DNA of 64,000 nucleotides from a virus (lineage: Duplodnaviria; Heunggongvirae; Uroviricota; Caudoviricetes): IMG/VR virus record IMGVR_UViG_3300028591_000077; one strand, given 5' to 3'. Position 1 is the first letter of the stretch. Every line of letters begins with the position of its first letter. Under the pieces are notes generated by a model. That model searched no databases. It was not told where the DNA came from and saw nothing but the letters and a program-made list of their open reading frames with translations. Both the position numbers and the translations under genes were made by a program. Positions 1 through 7,562 of this stretch are shown here, piece after piece.

Positions 1-123
1 CAAAAAGCCGAAGTTCAACAAAACTATAATAAAATTGCTAATGCCATGTATGAAGTCGCTGATTGCATCGTGCGTTCTATGGAAACTGATGTAGAAAAAC
101 CAGCTGAAAATTGGATTTATTAA
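1..123 (+). CDS. 3' end of an upstream hypothetical protein (partial)
   Basis: Open frame QKAEVQQNY...ENWIY ending TAA at 123. Confidence 0.6.
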   Translation, partial: QKAEVQQNYNKIANAMYEVADCIVRSMETDVEKPAENWIY

Positions 124-133
124 AAAAATTATT

Positions 134-200
134 GAGCCTGTGCTTATTTCATTACCCGCTAGTTACGGGTGCCAAAATCTTCGCCACAACTAGCCAGGCC
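134..200 (+). ncRNA. Bulged-stem element 1, enclosing an anticodon-like hairpin (loop CT AGT TA)
   Basis: GA GCCTG T GCT TATTTC ... AGC CAGGC C; inner ACCCG/CGGGT stem with 7-nt loop. Confidence 0.75.
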
Positions 201-224
201 TCAAAAAGGCTATAACATAATTTA

Positions 225-279
225 GAGACCATACTTACTTCAAAGAACAAACCTTGAAATTTGTAAAAACAGTTGGTCC
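225..279 (+). ncRNA. Bulged-stem element 2
   Basis: GA GACCA T ACT TACTTC ... AGT TGGTC C; inner ACAAA/TTTGT hairpin, loop CCTTGAAA. Confidence 0.75.
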
Positions 280-365
280 AAAATTATGTTTTTTTATTTT
301 ATGTAAAAAAATTAAAAAATAACTGTATAATATAATGTGCAAAGATAAAGCACACAAAAACTCGA

Positions 366-416
366 GAGCCTATACTTATTTCTTCAGAAATATGGTATTC
401 TAAAAACAGTTAGGCC
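366..416 (+). ncRNA. Bulged-stem element 3
   Basis: GA GCCTA T ACT TATTTC ... AGT TAGGC C. Confidence 0.75.
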
Positions 417-520
417 AATTACTTATTAAATAATGTAGGCGCTTGAGGTAGATCTGGATTCAGTTATACTTCGGCGCCTTTATTTAATAAAAATCTTGGG
501 TAAACAGAAAAGGAGATTTT

Positions 521-2476
521 ATGGGAAAACCAACAATCAAATCAATCTTAGCCGCTCGTCATTATTTAATTGTCGATAAGGCCCCAGAAGACAAGAACAT
601 GTCTGCCTATTACAATGCATTTTTGCTTGCTAATTTTGGCGTCATCGTTGATCGTCCTCACATGTTAACTCGTGAAGCAGTTAACGTTATCGCTGATACT
701 TTTAAGCTTAACGTTCCAGCAAGCTTCTACGATAACCCTCAACACATGGCTTATTTTTCTAAGTCAGAATTGCTTATCGAGCAACTCGTTTCCTATTTCT
801 TAGTTGAAACCGGAACTGGAATCTATAGCCGTCCTGAAATCTTTGAAAAGGATTTACCTGAGTATAAAGTCGGCAACGAAATCAAACTTCGTGAATTCAG
901 AATCGTCAATGCAGAGGAAGCAGTTGAAATCCTTAAAGGCATCTGCGATGCTTTCTGTGATTACACTCGTCCATTCTCTATCGATGAATTAGCTGAGTTC
1001 GAATATCTTTTCGTCAACGGTTATTACACCGGAAAAGAAATCAAATGCCGCGATAACATCTTTACTCTTTTGAAGCACGATGCAAGCTTTGCGCGCTTCT
1101 TGGATAAGAAAGATATGGTTAAGCTTTCTATCGCTTTCTTCGGGGAGCACAGAGAGTTTAGACCTGCAGATGAGGAAAAACTCGCTCTTATCAGAACTTG
1201 CTTACCTTACGTCCGTAATTGCCCAATGAGCAAAAAGCAAGCTAAATACTACAATAAGCTTCTTTCATACTGCAAAGTCAAAGGCGATGCTGCAGACAAT
1301 GCACGTTCTCCTTATAGACTTGCAAAAGTTGAACTTGACAAGGGTAATGTTTTAGGCGCCGCCGAAATCTTCGCCCGTAATGGTTCTTTACTTGAAAGAA
1401 ACATCAAGTTCTTGCTTTCAAGAGCTAACCCTGTCGAAGCCGTTAAGATCATCGAAATGCTTCCAGCAAAGAATCCAATGGTTCTTTATCAGATGATTTC
1501 AGCTATGTCTGAAGACAAGACAGATGGACGTGTATTCTCCTTTACTAAAAATAATAAGGTAAAACGTCATGTTGAAACCGATTATGAAGCTAAATGGAGA
1601 AAGTCCAAGCTCAACGACGCTACTAAGACTTTACTTCACGATATCGCTATCGAGAAGATCAAAGACTCTTATAGAGCAATGGGTTCTTTAGGTAAAGTTT
1701 ACGTCTCCGACGCATTTAACTTACTTGGAATCCCATCCAATACATCTGCTGGTGGAAAGGGCATCGATGTTCTTCCAACCGGTTCTCGTATCGTCTGCCC
1801 ATTCAACAAAATCCGCACTTTCGTTTACTGGGACGGAATCCGCGACGTTGACGCTTCCTTGGTTTTAGTCAAGAAAGACGGTAGACAAGATACCATTTAC
1901 TATGGTAACTACTCCAGCAAGCCATTTGGCACCAGCATTCTCTTCTCTGGAGACTGCCGTGATGTCAAGGGTTCTGAATACTACGATTTAGACTTAGACG
2001 AACTTCGTGCTAAGGGCTACGTCTCAGTTCTTTACACCCTTAATGGCTTCGGTGGAAAATTCACTCAAGGCGAAACCTTCTGTGGATACCAAAACAAAGA
2101 AGACCTTAAGACTCGTGCTTGGGATCCTAAAAACATCGCAATGCAGTTCAGAGTCGCTGGTGATTCTTCTCAAGTCCTTGCCTTCGGTATCGATTTAGAG
2201 ACAAATGCAGTGGTCGTCTTGAACCTTGTTCGTGATGCTTACAACAGAACTGTCAACTCCAGTGAAACAGATTCTGTCGCTAAGTACATGAAAGCAAGCT
2301 TCTTAGAGCTTAACATGGGCTTAGTTGCTTCATGCAGAGGCGAAGTCGTAACTGACCCAGCCGAAGCTGATATCGTCTTTGACGACAGCTATATGCCTCT
2401 TGAAGGTCAAAAGGTCGTAAGAACTTATGATCTTGAAAAGCTCGTTGCTATCGCAAATGGAGGGGAGGTAAAATAA
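521..2476 (+). CDS. Large protein with C-terminal TerD-like domain and helical N-terminal region (possibly TROVE/Ro-like)
   Basis: 651 aa, AGGAG RBS; C-terminal ...VYWDGIRDVDAS...FSGD...GSEYYDLDLDEL... resembles TerD fold; the N-terminal assignment is inference. Confidence 0.6.
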   Translation: MGKPTIKSILAARHYLIVDKAPEDKNMSAYYNAFLLANFGVIVDRPHMLTREAVNVIADTFKLNVPASFYDNPQHMAYFSKSELLIEQLVSYFLVETGTGIYSRPEIFEKDLPEYKVGNEIKLREFRIVNAEEAVEILKGICDAFCDYTRPFSIDELAEFEYLFVNGYYTGKEIKCRDNIFTLLKHDASFARFLDKKDMVKLSIAFFGEHREFRPADEEKLALIRTCLPYVRNCPMSKKQAKYYNKLLSYCKVKGDAADNARSPYRLAKVELDKGNVLGAAEIFARNGSLLERNIKFLLSRANPVEAVKIIEMLPAKNPMVLYQMISAMSEDKTDGRVFSFTKNNKVKRHVETDYEAKWRKSKLNDATKTLLHDIAIEKIKDSYRAMGSLGKVYVSDAFNLLGIPSNTSAGGKGIDVLPTGSRIVCPFNKIRTFVYWDGIRDVDASLVLVKKDGRQDTIYYGNYSSKPFGTSILFSGDCRDVKGSEYYDLDLDELRAKGYVSVLYTLNGFGGKFTQGETFCGYQNKEDLKTRAWDPKNIAMQFRVAGDSSQVLAFGIDLETNAVVVLNLVRDAYNRTVNSSETDSVAKYMKASFLELNMGLVASCRGEVVTDPAEADIVFDDSYMPLEGQKVVRTYDLEKLVAIANGGEVK

Positions 2477-2670
2477 TGCCTGCTACTCCAACCGATGCTG
2501 AAACATTACGTCTTCTTGCTAGGCGCGTTGAACGCCTAGCAGAAGAGTATGAACACAATGCTCCGACATTAATCAAAACCACAGAGCTTAGATTAATCAA
2601 TGAAGCATGTCAATCATTGCTTGATAGCTTAGAAGCTGAATTAGATGCAAAACAAGGGCAAGAAAATTAA
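2476..2670 (+). CDS. Hypothetical protein
   Basis: 64 aa, overlaps upstream stop (TAATG), GGAGG RBS. Confidence 0.7.
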   Translation: MPATPTDAETLRLLARRVERLAEEYEHNAPTLIKTTELRLINEACQSLLDSLEAELDAKQGQEN

Positions 2671-2740
2671 TCTTGCCCTTTAATTTTTAAAAAATTTATT
2701 GTATTATAAAATATAAGGAAAAACATTCGCTAAATTAAGT

Positions 2741-2848
2741 ATGAGACATTCAGTTATTACATTACAACGCACAGCAACAACCGTAGCGACATTAGATATA
2801 GCCGCTGCGATTTTAGACGTGCAAGATTCTGGAGGAATCCACAAGTAA
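2741..2848 (+). CDS. Leader peptide 1 (35 aa, MRHSVITLQRTATTVATLDIAAAILDVQDSGGIHK)
   Basis: Follows GCTAAATT motif; codons 5-29 are only V/I/T/L/Q/R/A/D, matching the downstream tRNAs. Confidence 0.8.
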   Translation: MRHSVITLQRTATTVATLDIAAAILDVQDSGGIHK

Positions 2849-2932
2849 TTAAAACTGGTTGTTAAAACTCTTAATAAACTATCGTATAATATAATGCAGC
2901 AAACCTGCATGGTACGATAGGCTAAATCGGTA

Positions 2933-2968
2933 ACTTGTGGGTTCGCGAATAGCGAACCCTATTTATTT
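2933..2968 (+). terminator. Attenuator terminator 1
   Basis: GGGTTCGC-GAATA-GCGAACCC then T-rich tail; 2933-2944 also pairs with leader 1 end 2835-2846. Confidence 0.75.
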
Positions 2969-2980
2969 GGAAAAAAAGTG

Positions 2981-3009
2981 TTTACAAAAGATTAATTCTA
3001 TTGTATAAT
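2981..3009 (+). promoter_or_regulatory. sigmaA-type promoter (same architecture at 5221, 7678, 18624)
   Basis: TTTACA-17 nt-TATAAT, with TG just upstream of the -10. Confidence 0.8.
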
Positions 3010-3029
3010 AATACTGGAGCTGCTGAAAT

Positions 3030-3105
3030 GGTTCCTTACGTCAATTGGGAGACTATCATCCTTACAAGATGAAGGTTGCAGGTCCGAGTCCTGCAGGGAC
3101 CACCA
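3030..3105 (+). tRNA. tRNA-Val(TAC)
   Basis: Cloverleaf, CCA, T-loop TCCGAGT. Confidence 0.9.
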
Positions 3106-3110
3106 ATTAT

Positions 3111-3186
3111 GCTGGTTTAGCTCAGTTGATAGAGCAGCTCCCTCGTAAAGAGCAGGTCGGGAGTTTGAGCCTCTCAACCAGCACCA
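3111..3186 (+). tRNA. tRNA-Thr(CGT)
   Basis: Cloverleaf, CCA, T-loop TTTGAGC. Confidence 0.85.
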
Positions 3187-3190
3187 ACAT

Positions 3191-3265
3191 TGGGATGTAG
3201 CCAAGCGGTAAGGCAGGAGGCTTTGAACCTCCGATGCGCTGGTTCGAACCCAGCCATCCCAGCCA
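3191..3265 (+). tRNA. tRNA-Gln(TTG)
   Basis: Cloverleaf, CCA. Confidence 0.95.
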
Positions 3266-3499
3266 ATTAGAATATGACAGCCGAAAAGATCGCCACTTAG
3301 TAAGCTTGAATAGAGTAGGACTGATAGCTTCCGAATAAGCTATCATGTATAACATGCTGAGACAAGATTCTCAGAAGGGTTGACTTGACGCCATAGGTTC
3401 AAGCAGAGGGTACAGCGCAATTTCTACGTAGTTGTTGCCGAGGCCAAATAGTGCAGGCATGGGAAGAAAGCACTCTAAAAAATGTGCAACACCAGATAT

Positions 3500-3574
3500 T
3501 GAGAAGTCGTCAAGCGGTAAGACGCCTGTCTCTGAAACAGGTCATCGATGGTCCGAATCCATCCTTCTCAGCCA
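3500..3574 (+). tRNA. tRNA-Gln(CTG)
   Basis: Cloverleaf, CCA, T-loop TCCGAAT. Confidence 0.9.
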
Positions 3575-3665
3575 TTACCTATTTGCTCATACTAGTTGAG
3601 AGCAGACAAAAAAGAACGCTAGGTGAAACAAATTTTTAAAGGTTTAGGTTTGGAGTAGCCAATTT

Positions 3666-3750
3666 GCGGGTGTGGTGAAACAGGTAGACGCAAGGGACTT
3701 AAAATCCCTCGGCTTCGGCCGTGTCGGTTCGAGTCCGACCACCCGCACCA
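3666..3750 (+). tRNA. tRNA-Leu(TAA)
   Basis: Long variable arm, CCA. Confidence 0.95.
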
Positions 3751-3753
3751 TAT

Positions 3754-3814
3754 GGGTTTATAGTAAGCTCTGGTGAGCAAGCGCGCAAGTTCGGTTCGAT
3801 TCCGGAATAAACCC
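3754..3814 (+). ncRNA. tRNA-like RNA lacking an anticodon arm
   Basis: GGGTTTAT/ATAAACCC acceptor, GCTC-TGGT-GAGC D-like arm, TTCGG-TTCGATT-CCGGA T arm. Confidence 0.55.
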
Positions 3815-3920
3815 TAAACCAAGAATGGATTCTGGTGAATCCGAGTAGGTGAAGAAGAGTTCGAGTCTCTGAACTGTCTGGTTCGATTCCTGGCAGTGCA
3901 GGTGCAAATCCTACAACATT

Positions 3921-3995
3921 GGTCGTATAGCTCAATGGCAGAGCGGGCTCCTTATAAGGGCTAGGTTCCTGGTTCGAATCCAGGTGCGACCACCA
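3921..3995 (+). tRNA. tRNA-Ile(TAT)
   Basis: Cloverleaf, loop CT TAT AA, CCA. Confidence 0.9.
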
Positions 3996-3999
3996 ATAT

Positions 4000-4074
4000 G
4001 GGCCGATAGTTTAATTGGGAAAACACCCGCCCTGCAAGCGGGAGTTACGGGTTCAATTCCCGCCGTGTCCACCA
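4000..4074 (+). tRNA. tRNA-Ala(TGC), irregular acceptor stem
   Basis: Loop CC TGC AA, G3:U70 present, bulged acceptor. Confidence 0.6.
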
Positions 4075-4079
4075 AATAT

Positions 4080-4155
4080 GGGGCTGTAACTCAGCTGGGA
4101 GAGTGCCTGCTTTGCAAGCAGGATGTCGAGGGTTCGATCCCCTTCAGTTCCACCA
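4080..4155 (+). tRNA. tRNA-Ala(TGC)
   Basis: Canonical cloverleaf, CCA. Confidence 0.95.
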
Positions 4156-4364
4156 AGGCGAAGGACAACGCTTAATAACCAGTCTCATAAGCGAGAGTAT
4201 GGGTAACCAGTCCCAGAGGGTAGTGAAAGAGACAAGAATATAAGGAAAGAACCGGGATTACGCCTTATCGCGAATGGGCGCCCAATGAACCCCTAGAGAC
4301 GGTGAAGCTGCAGACTAGATAACGAGCTAAGGGGAAGTGTGGAGTAAATACCTTATATTATCAT

Positions 4365-4440
4365 GCCGCCATAGCTCAACTGGCAGAGCAATCGCCTTGT
4401 AAGCGATAGGTTGATGGTTCGATTCCGTCTGGCGGCACCA
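4365..4440 (+). tRNA. tRNA-Thr(TGT)
   Basis: Canonical cloverleaf, CCA. Confidence 0.95.
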
Positions 4441-4568
4441 GTTCAGATATTTCTGAATCGTGAGCTGACACGTATAAATCCGACACAAAGCCGCAAGAAA
4501 TGGGCGGCAACACTAATTAGTCGTAGGTGACGGACACCAGAACAAAATCAGCATCATATAACTAAATT

Positions 4569-4642
4569 GCCTCTTTAGTTAAATGGTATAACGAATCCAT
4601 GGTAAGGATTAATCGGCGGTCCGATTCCGTCAAGAGGCACCA
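4569..4642 (+). tRNA. tRNA-Thr(GGT)
   Basis: Cloverleaf, CCA, T-loop TCCGATT. Confidence 0.9.
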
Positions 4643-4650
4643 TTAAATTT

Positions 4651-4725
4651 GGGTCAGTAGGCTAACGGTTAAACTGTCGCACTGTCACTGCGATGTCGAG
4701 GGTTCGACTCCCTCTTGGCCCGCCA
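4651..4725 (+). tRNA. tRNA-Asp(GTC)
   Basis: Cloverleaf, GCCA end. Confidence 0.9.
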
Positions 4726-4730
4726 TATAT

Positions 4731-4826
4731 GCAGTTGTGATGCAACTTAGAAGACATCCTTGGTGATGAGCCGAGGTCAACGCAAATCGAAATAATTTGT
4801 TGAAGGTGCAAATCCTTCCATCCGCA
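4731..4826 (+). pseudogene. Degenerate class II (Leu-like) tRNA
   Basis: T arm GAAGG-TGCAAAT-CCTTC, mismatched acceptor, non-canonical anticodon loop TGATGAG, no CCA. Confidence 0.5.
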
Positions 4827-4833
4827 ACAATTT

Positions 4834-4908
4834 GGAGTCATAGTACAGCGGTTAGTATACCTGACTGTCACTCAGGAGATGAGGGTTCAACTCCCTCTGG
4901 CTCCGCCA
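4834..4908 (+). tRNA. tRNA-Asp(GTC)
   Basis: Cloverleaf, GCCA end. Confidence 0.95.
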
Positions 4909-4911
4909 TTA

Positions 4912-5036
4912 GAACCAGTACTTATTTCTTTTTCGCCTTACATGCGAGAGGTCGTTGGTTCGAGTCCAACCGTCGCGGCACGGGTGACGTGTAGCGACGT
5001 AGCTCAGTTGGGAGAGCGCTTATTACTAGTCTGGTC
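4912..5036 (+). ncRNA. Bulged-stem element 4: circularly permuted tRNA-Val(TAC) body with closed acceptor hairpin
   Basis: 3' half (anticodon, T arm, CGTCGC) at 4934-4976 precedes 5' half (GCGACG, D arm) at 4994-5020; ACCAG/CTGGT stem. Confidence 0.85.
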
Positions 5037-5043
5037 AAAATTT

Positions 5044-5119
5044 GGGGTTGTAGCTCAATTGGGAGAGCACTTGTCTGGCAGACAAGAGGTTGCGGGTTCA
5101 ATCCCCGTCGATTCCACCA
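5044..5119 (+). tRNA. tRNA-Ala(GGC)
   Basis: Cloverleaf, CCA. Confidence 0.9.
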
Positions 5120-5123
5120 ATAT

Positions 5124-5201
5124 ACCCTGTTAGCTCAGCTGGATTAGAGCGTGTGGCTACGAACCACAAGGTCGTGGGTTCGAATCCTACACAGGGTGCC
5201 A
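5124..5201 (+). tRNA. tRNA-Arg(ACG)
   Basis: Cloverleaf, CCA. Confidence 0.9.
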
Positions 5202-5313
5202 AAAAAATTATACAATACTATTTACTTTTTAGAAAAAATATTGTATAATATAATAAGCGAGCAAAAAAGATTCGCTAAATTAAGTAGTCGCAAGACAGAA
5301 AGGTAGTTAACGT

Positions 5314-5403
5314 ATGAAAAACTTGAACATGCATGCTTATCATTACGGATTTGAAGGCTATGAAGGCTTCGGTTTTTTGATGCGCTCTGACCACCGATAT
5401 TAA
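5314..5403 (+). CDS. Leader peptide 2 (29 aa, MKNLNMHAYHYGFEGYEGFGFLMRSDHRY)
   Basis: GAAAGG RBS; codons 9-23 are only Y/H/G/F/E/L(TTG)/M, matching the downstream tRNAs. Confidence 0.85.
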   Translation: MKNLNMHAYHYGFEGYEGFGFLMRSDHRY

Positions 5404-5437
5404 TTAGTAAATTCGTCGCATTGAAAATATAAAACAA

Positions 5438-5469
5438 GGGTGGTCAGATAATGATCACCCTTTAATTTT
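5438..5469 (+). terminator. Attenuator terminator 2
   Basis: GGGTGGTCA-GATAA-TGATCACCC-TTTAATTTT; 5439-5448 is the exact complement of 5386-5395. Confidence 0.85.
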
Positions 5470-5471
5470 AT

Positions 5472-5556
5472 GGGTAGGTAGGTAAGTGGCTAAAACCAGC
5501 TGTCTGTAAAACAGCCGCCTTCGGCTTCGTGTGTTCGAATCACACCCTGCCCACCA
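5472..5556 (+). tRNA. tRNA-Tyr(GTA)
   Basis: Long variable arm, CCA. Confidence 0.9.
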
Positions 5557-5560
5557 CTAT

Positions 5561-5646
5561 GGGAGCGTATTCCGTTAAGGACACGGGGCAGTCTGTAAAA
5601 CTGTTGCCATTCGGCTGGCTGAGTTCGATACTCAGAGCTCCCACCA
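5561..5646 (+). tRNA. tRNA-Tyr(GTA)
   Basis: Long variable arm, CCA. Confidence 0.85.
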
Positions 5647-5650
5647 ATAT

Positions 5651-5727
5651 GGTGTATGGAATCCGACGGTTTTGGATGCTAGTCTGTGAAACTAGATCAT
5701 TGGGTTCAACTCCCAGCATGCACCCCA
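5651..5727 (+). tRNA. tRNA-His(GTG)
   Basis: G-1:C73 pair, CCA. Confidence 0.85.
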
Positions 5728-5732
5728 GTCAT

Positions 5733-5808
<76 letters not shown>

Positions 5809-5812
5809 TTAT

Positions 5813-5889
5813 GCTCCTCTAGCCCAACTGGTAGAGGCAATGAGCTCAAACCTCATTCAGTGTCGGTCCGAATCCGACGGGGAGTACCA
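5813..5889 (+). tRNA. tRNA-Leu(CAA), short variable loop
   Basis: Loop CT CAA AC, 5-nt variable region, T-loop TCCGAAT. Confidence 0.85.
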
Positions 5890-6030
5890 AAAAGATTATA
5901 AAATACTTACCAAAGTATTGTATAATATAATAGCTTCAAAGTGCTGGAAGTTGTGGCACGCGTATTGAGAGGTTGCAAACTCGAAAATATGAGGGGTTAG
6001 GTAGGGTCTGACTGAAGCTTCCATTTACAT

Positions 6031-6116
6031 TGCGGTAGAGTGGAACGGACAATTATAAACCATCCGCGGCTCATAACCGATGGGATACCGGGTTCGACTC
6101 CCGAGTACCGCAACCA
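6031..6116 (+). tRNA. tRNA-fMet(CAT)-like, enlarged D loop
   Basis: Ends CCGCAACCA as initiator tRNAs do; loop CT CAT AA. Confidence 0.7.
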
Positions 6117-6210
6117 GAGGCGTGTTGTTTGTCAATTTAAACCTTACCTCGCGCACAAGGCGTAAAAATTGAAGGCTTAAGATGTTGTGCCAGAACAAAG
6201 CATCATCCAT

Positions 6211-6286
6211 GGCCGAGTAGCTCAGCGGTTAGAGCAGGGAGCTCATACCTCCAAGATCGGTGGTCCGAATCCACTCTCGGCTACCA
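6211..6286 (+). tRNA. tRNA-Met(CAT), probably elongator
   Basis: Loop CT CAT AC, ends GGCTACCA, T-loop TCCGAAT. Confidence 0.85.
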
Positions 6287-6363
6287 GGATATATATTCAA
6301 TTTCGCCAAGACTAGAGCACAGCCATTCATAAGGGCTGTGTAGGAGAATCCCTTGGCAACCAT

Positions 6364-6437
6364 GCAGACGTAATTCAATGGTAGAATGCCACCTTGCCAT
6401 GGTGGCTACACGGGTCCGATTCCCGCCATCTGCTCCA
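6364..6437 (+). tRNA. tRNA-Gly(GCC)
   Basis: U73 CCA, T-loop TCCGATT. Confidence 0.85.
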
Positions 6438-6557
6438 TCAATAGAATTAACAAAGGCCACGTTAATTTCAGTGAAACTCTGATAGTGGAAGACAGAATCT
6501 AAAAAGTAGCCGTCGAGCAAGCAGGCTCCACAATAAATAAACATCGCTTGCCACCAT

Positions 6558-6632
6558 GCGGGTATCGTCCAACGGTCAGGGCCTCTGCCTTCCAAGCAGA
6601 AGATACCGGTTCGATTCCGGCTACCCGCTCCA
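6558..6632 (+). tRNA. tRNA-Gly(TCC)
   Basis: Cloverleaf, TCCA end. Confidence 0.95.
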
Positions 6633-6704
6633 CCAGGACAGACAGAGATTAGGTTCTCTGTGAGGTTCTACGGCTGGACAAATCGATAAAACCAGCCAAT
6701 ACTT

Positions 6705-6778
6705 GCGGGAATAGGACAGTGGTAGTCCATCTGCTTGCCATGCAGACTACGCGGGTTCGATTCCCGTTTCCTGCTCCA
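6705..6778 (+). tRNA. tRNA-Gly(GCC)
   Basis: Cloverleaf, TCCA end. Confidence 0.9.
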
Positions 6779-6784
6779 TTAAAT

Positions 6785-6862
6785 CGTCCCGTAGACGAAC
6801 TGGTTAAAGTCATCACCCTTTCAAGGTGAAATCTGGGGGTTCGAGTCCCCTCGGGATGACCA
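6785..6862 (+). tRNA. tRNA-Glu(TTC)
   Basis: Cloverleaf, CCA. Confidence 0.9.
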
Positions 6863-6874
6863 TTTAAAATTTTA

Positions 6875-7101
6875 GAGCCTATACTTATTTCTAGGACTGA
6901 AAATCCCCGTGTCCCTAGTTCGAATCTAGGCTCTCCCACCATAGGAGCCAATACTTATTTCGGATTCCGCGGTAGCTTAAAAGGTAAAGCCCCCGATCTA
7001 TAATCGGGAGATTGTCGGTTCAAGTCCGACCCATGGCATTGTGAGTTTGGCCACTTTGGGAGAGTAGCTCAGTTGGTAGAGCAGGAGTTAATAGTTAGGC
7101 C
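6875..7101 (+). ncRNA. Bulged-stem element 5: circularly permuted tRNA-Phe(GAA) with a nested element
   Basis: 3' half with CCA at 6894-6941, 5' half GGGAGAG+D arm at 7058-7085; outer GCCTA/TAGGC stem. Confidence 0.9.
6945..7052 (+). ncRNA. Nested bulged-stem element 5b enclosing a tRNA-Ile(TAT)-like cloverleaf (about 6966-7038)
   Basis: GA GCCAA T ACT TATTTC ... AGT TTGGC C; CCCGA-TC TAT AA-TCGGG anticodon arm, T arm, no CCA. Confidence 0.8.
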
Positions 7102-7243
7102 TTTTTTATTAAAAAATATCGTATTATATAAAGAAACGAAAAATATTCGCTAAATTATTTGGTACTTGTCTTCCTTAGCGGTACGACTTAATCCAGGGAT
7201 ATTCAGGAGATATTACCGATACAAAGATTAAGCAAGAAAGATT

Positions 7244-7323
7244 TAGACTAAACTTATTTCAAAGCCTTAGTCCCACAGGGACTATATAAAAATGAAGATC
7301 AAAATTGGCCGCACAGTTAGTCA
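7244..7323 (+). ncRNA. Bulged-stem element 6
   Basis: GACTA A ACT TATTTC ... AGT TAGTC. Confidence 0.7.
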
Positions 7324-7456
7324 AAGTATTGTTCTAAAATTGTTTATAATACGCCTGAGTGGTACGACTTGTTGGAACTTATAATTAAAACCTCGTTCGC
7401 GATGCAGCTAACAAAGAGCGTCAATTAATTATAAGGAAAGATAAGCAAAAAGGGCA

Positions 7457-7529
7457 GAAACTACACTTATTTCAAATTTTTCTAATCTACACTTACCATA
7501 GAAAAATTGGCCACGACAATAGTTAGTTC
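7457..7529 (+). ncRNA. Bulged-stem element 7
   Basis: GA AACTA C ACT TATTTC ... AGT TAGTT C. Confidence 0.7.
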
Positions 7530-7562
7530 GTATTTCATAAAAAATATCGTATAATATTTATA

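Noticed and set aside
3584-3604. GCTCATACT-AGTTGAG, both halves of the bulged-stem motif fused
   Set aside because: Lacks TATTTC and any loop; at best a deletion remnant, so not counted among the 13 elements
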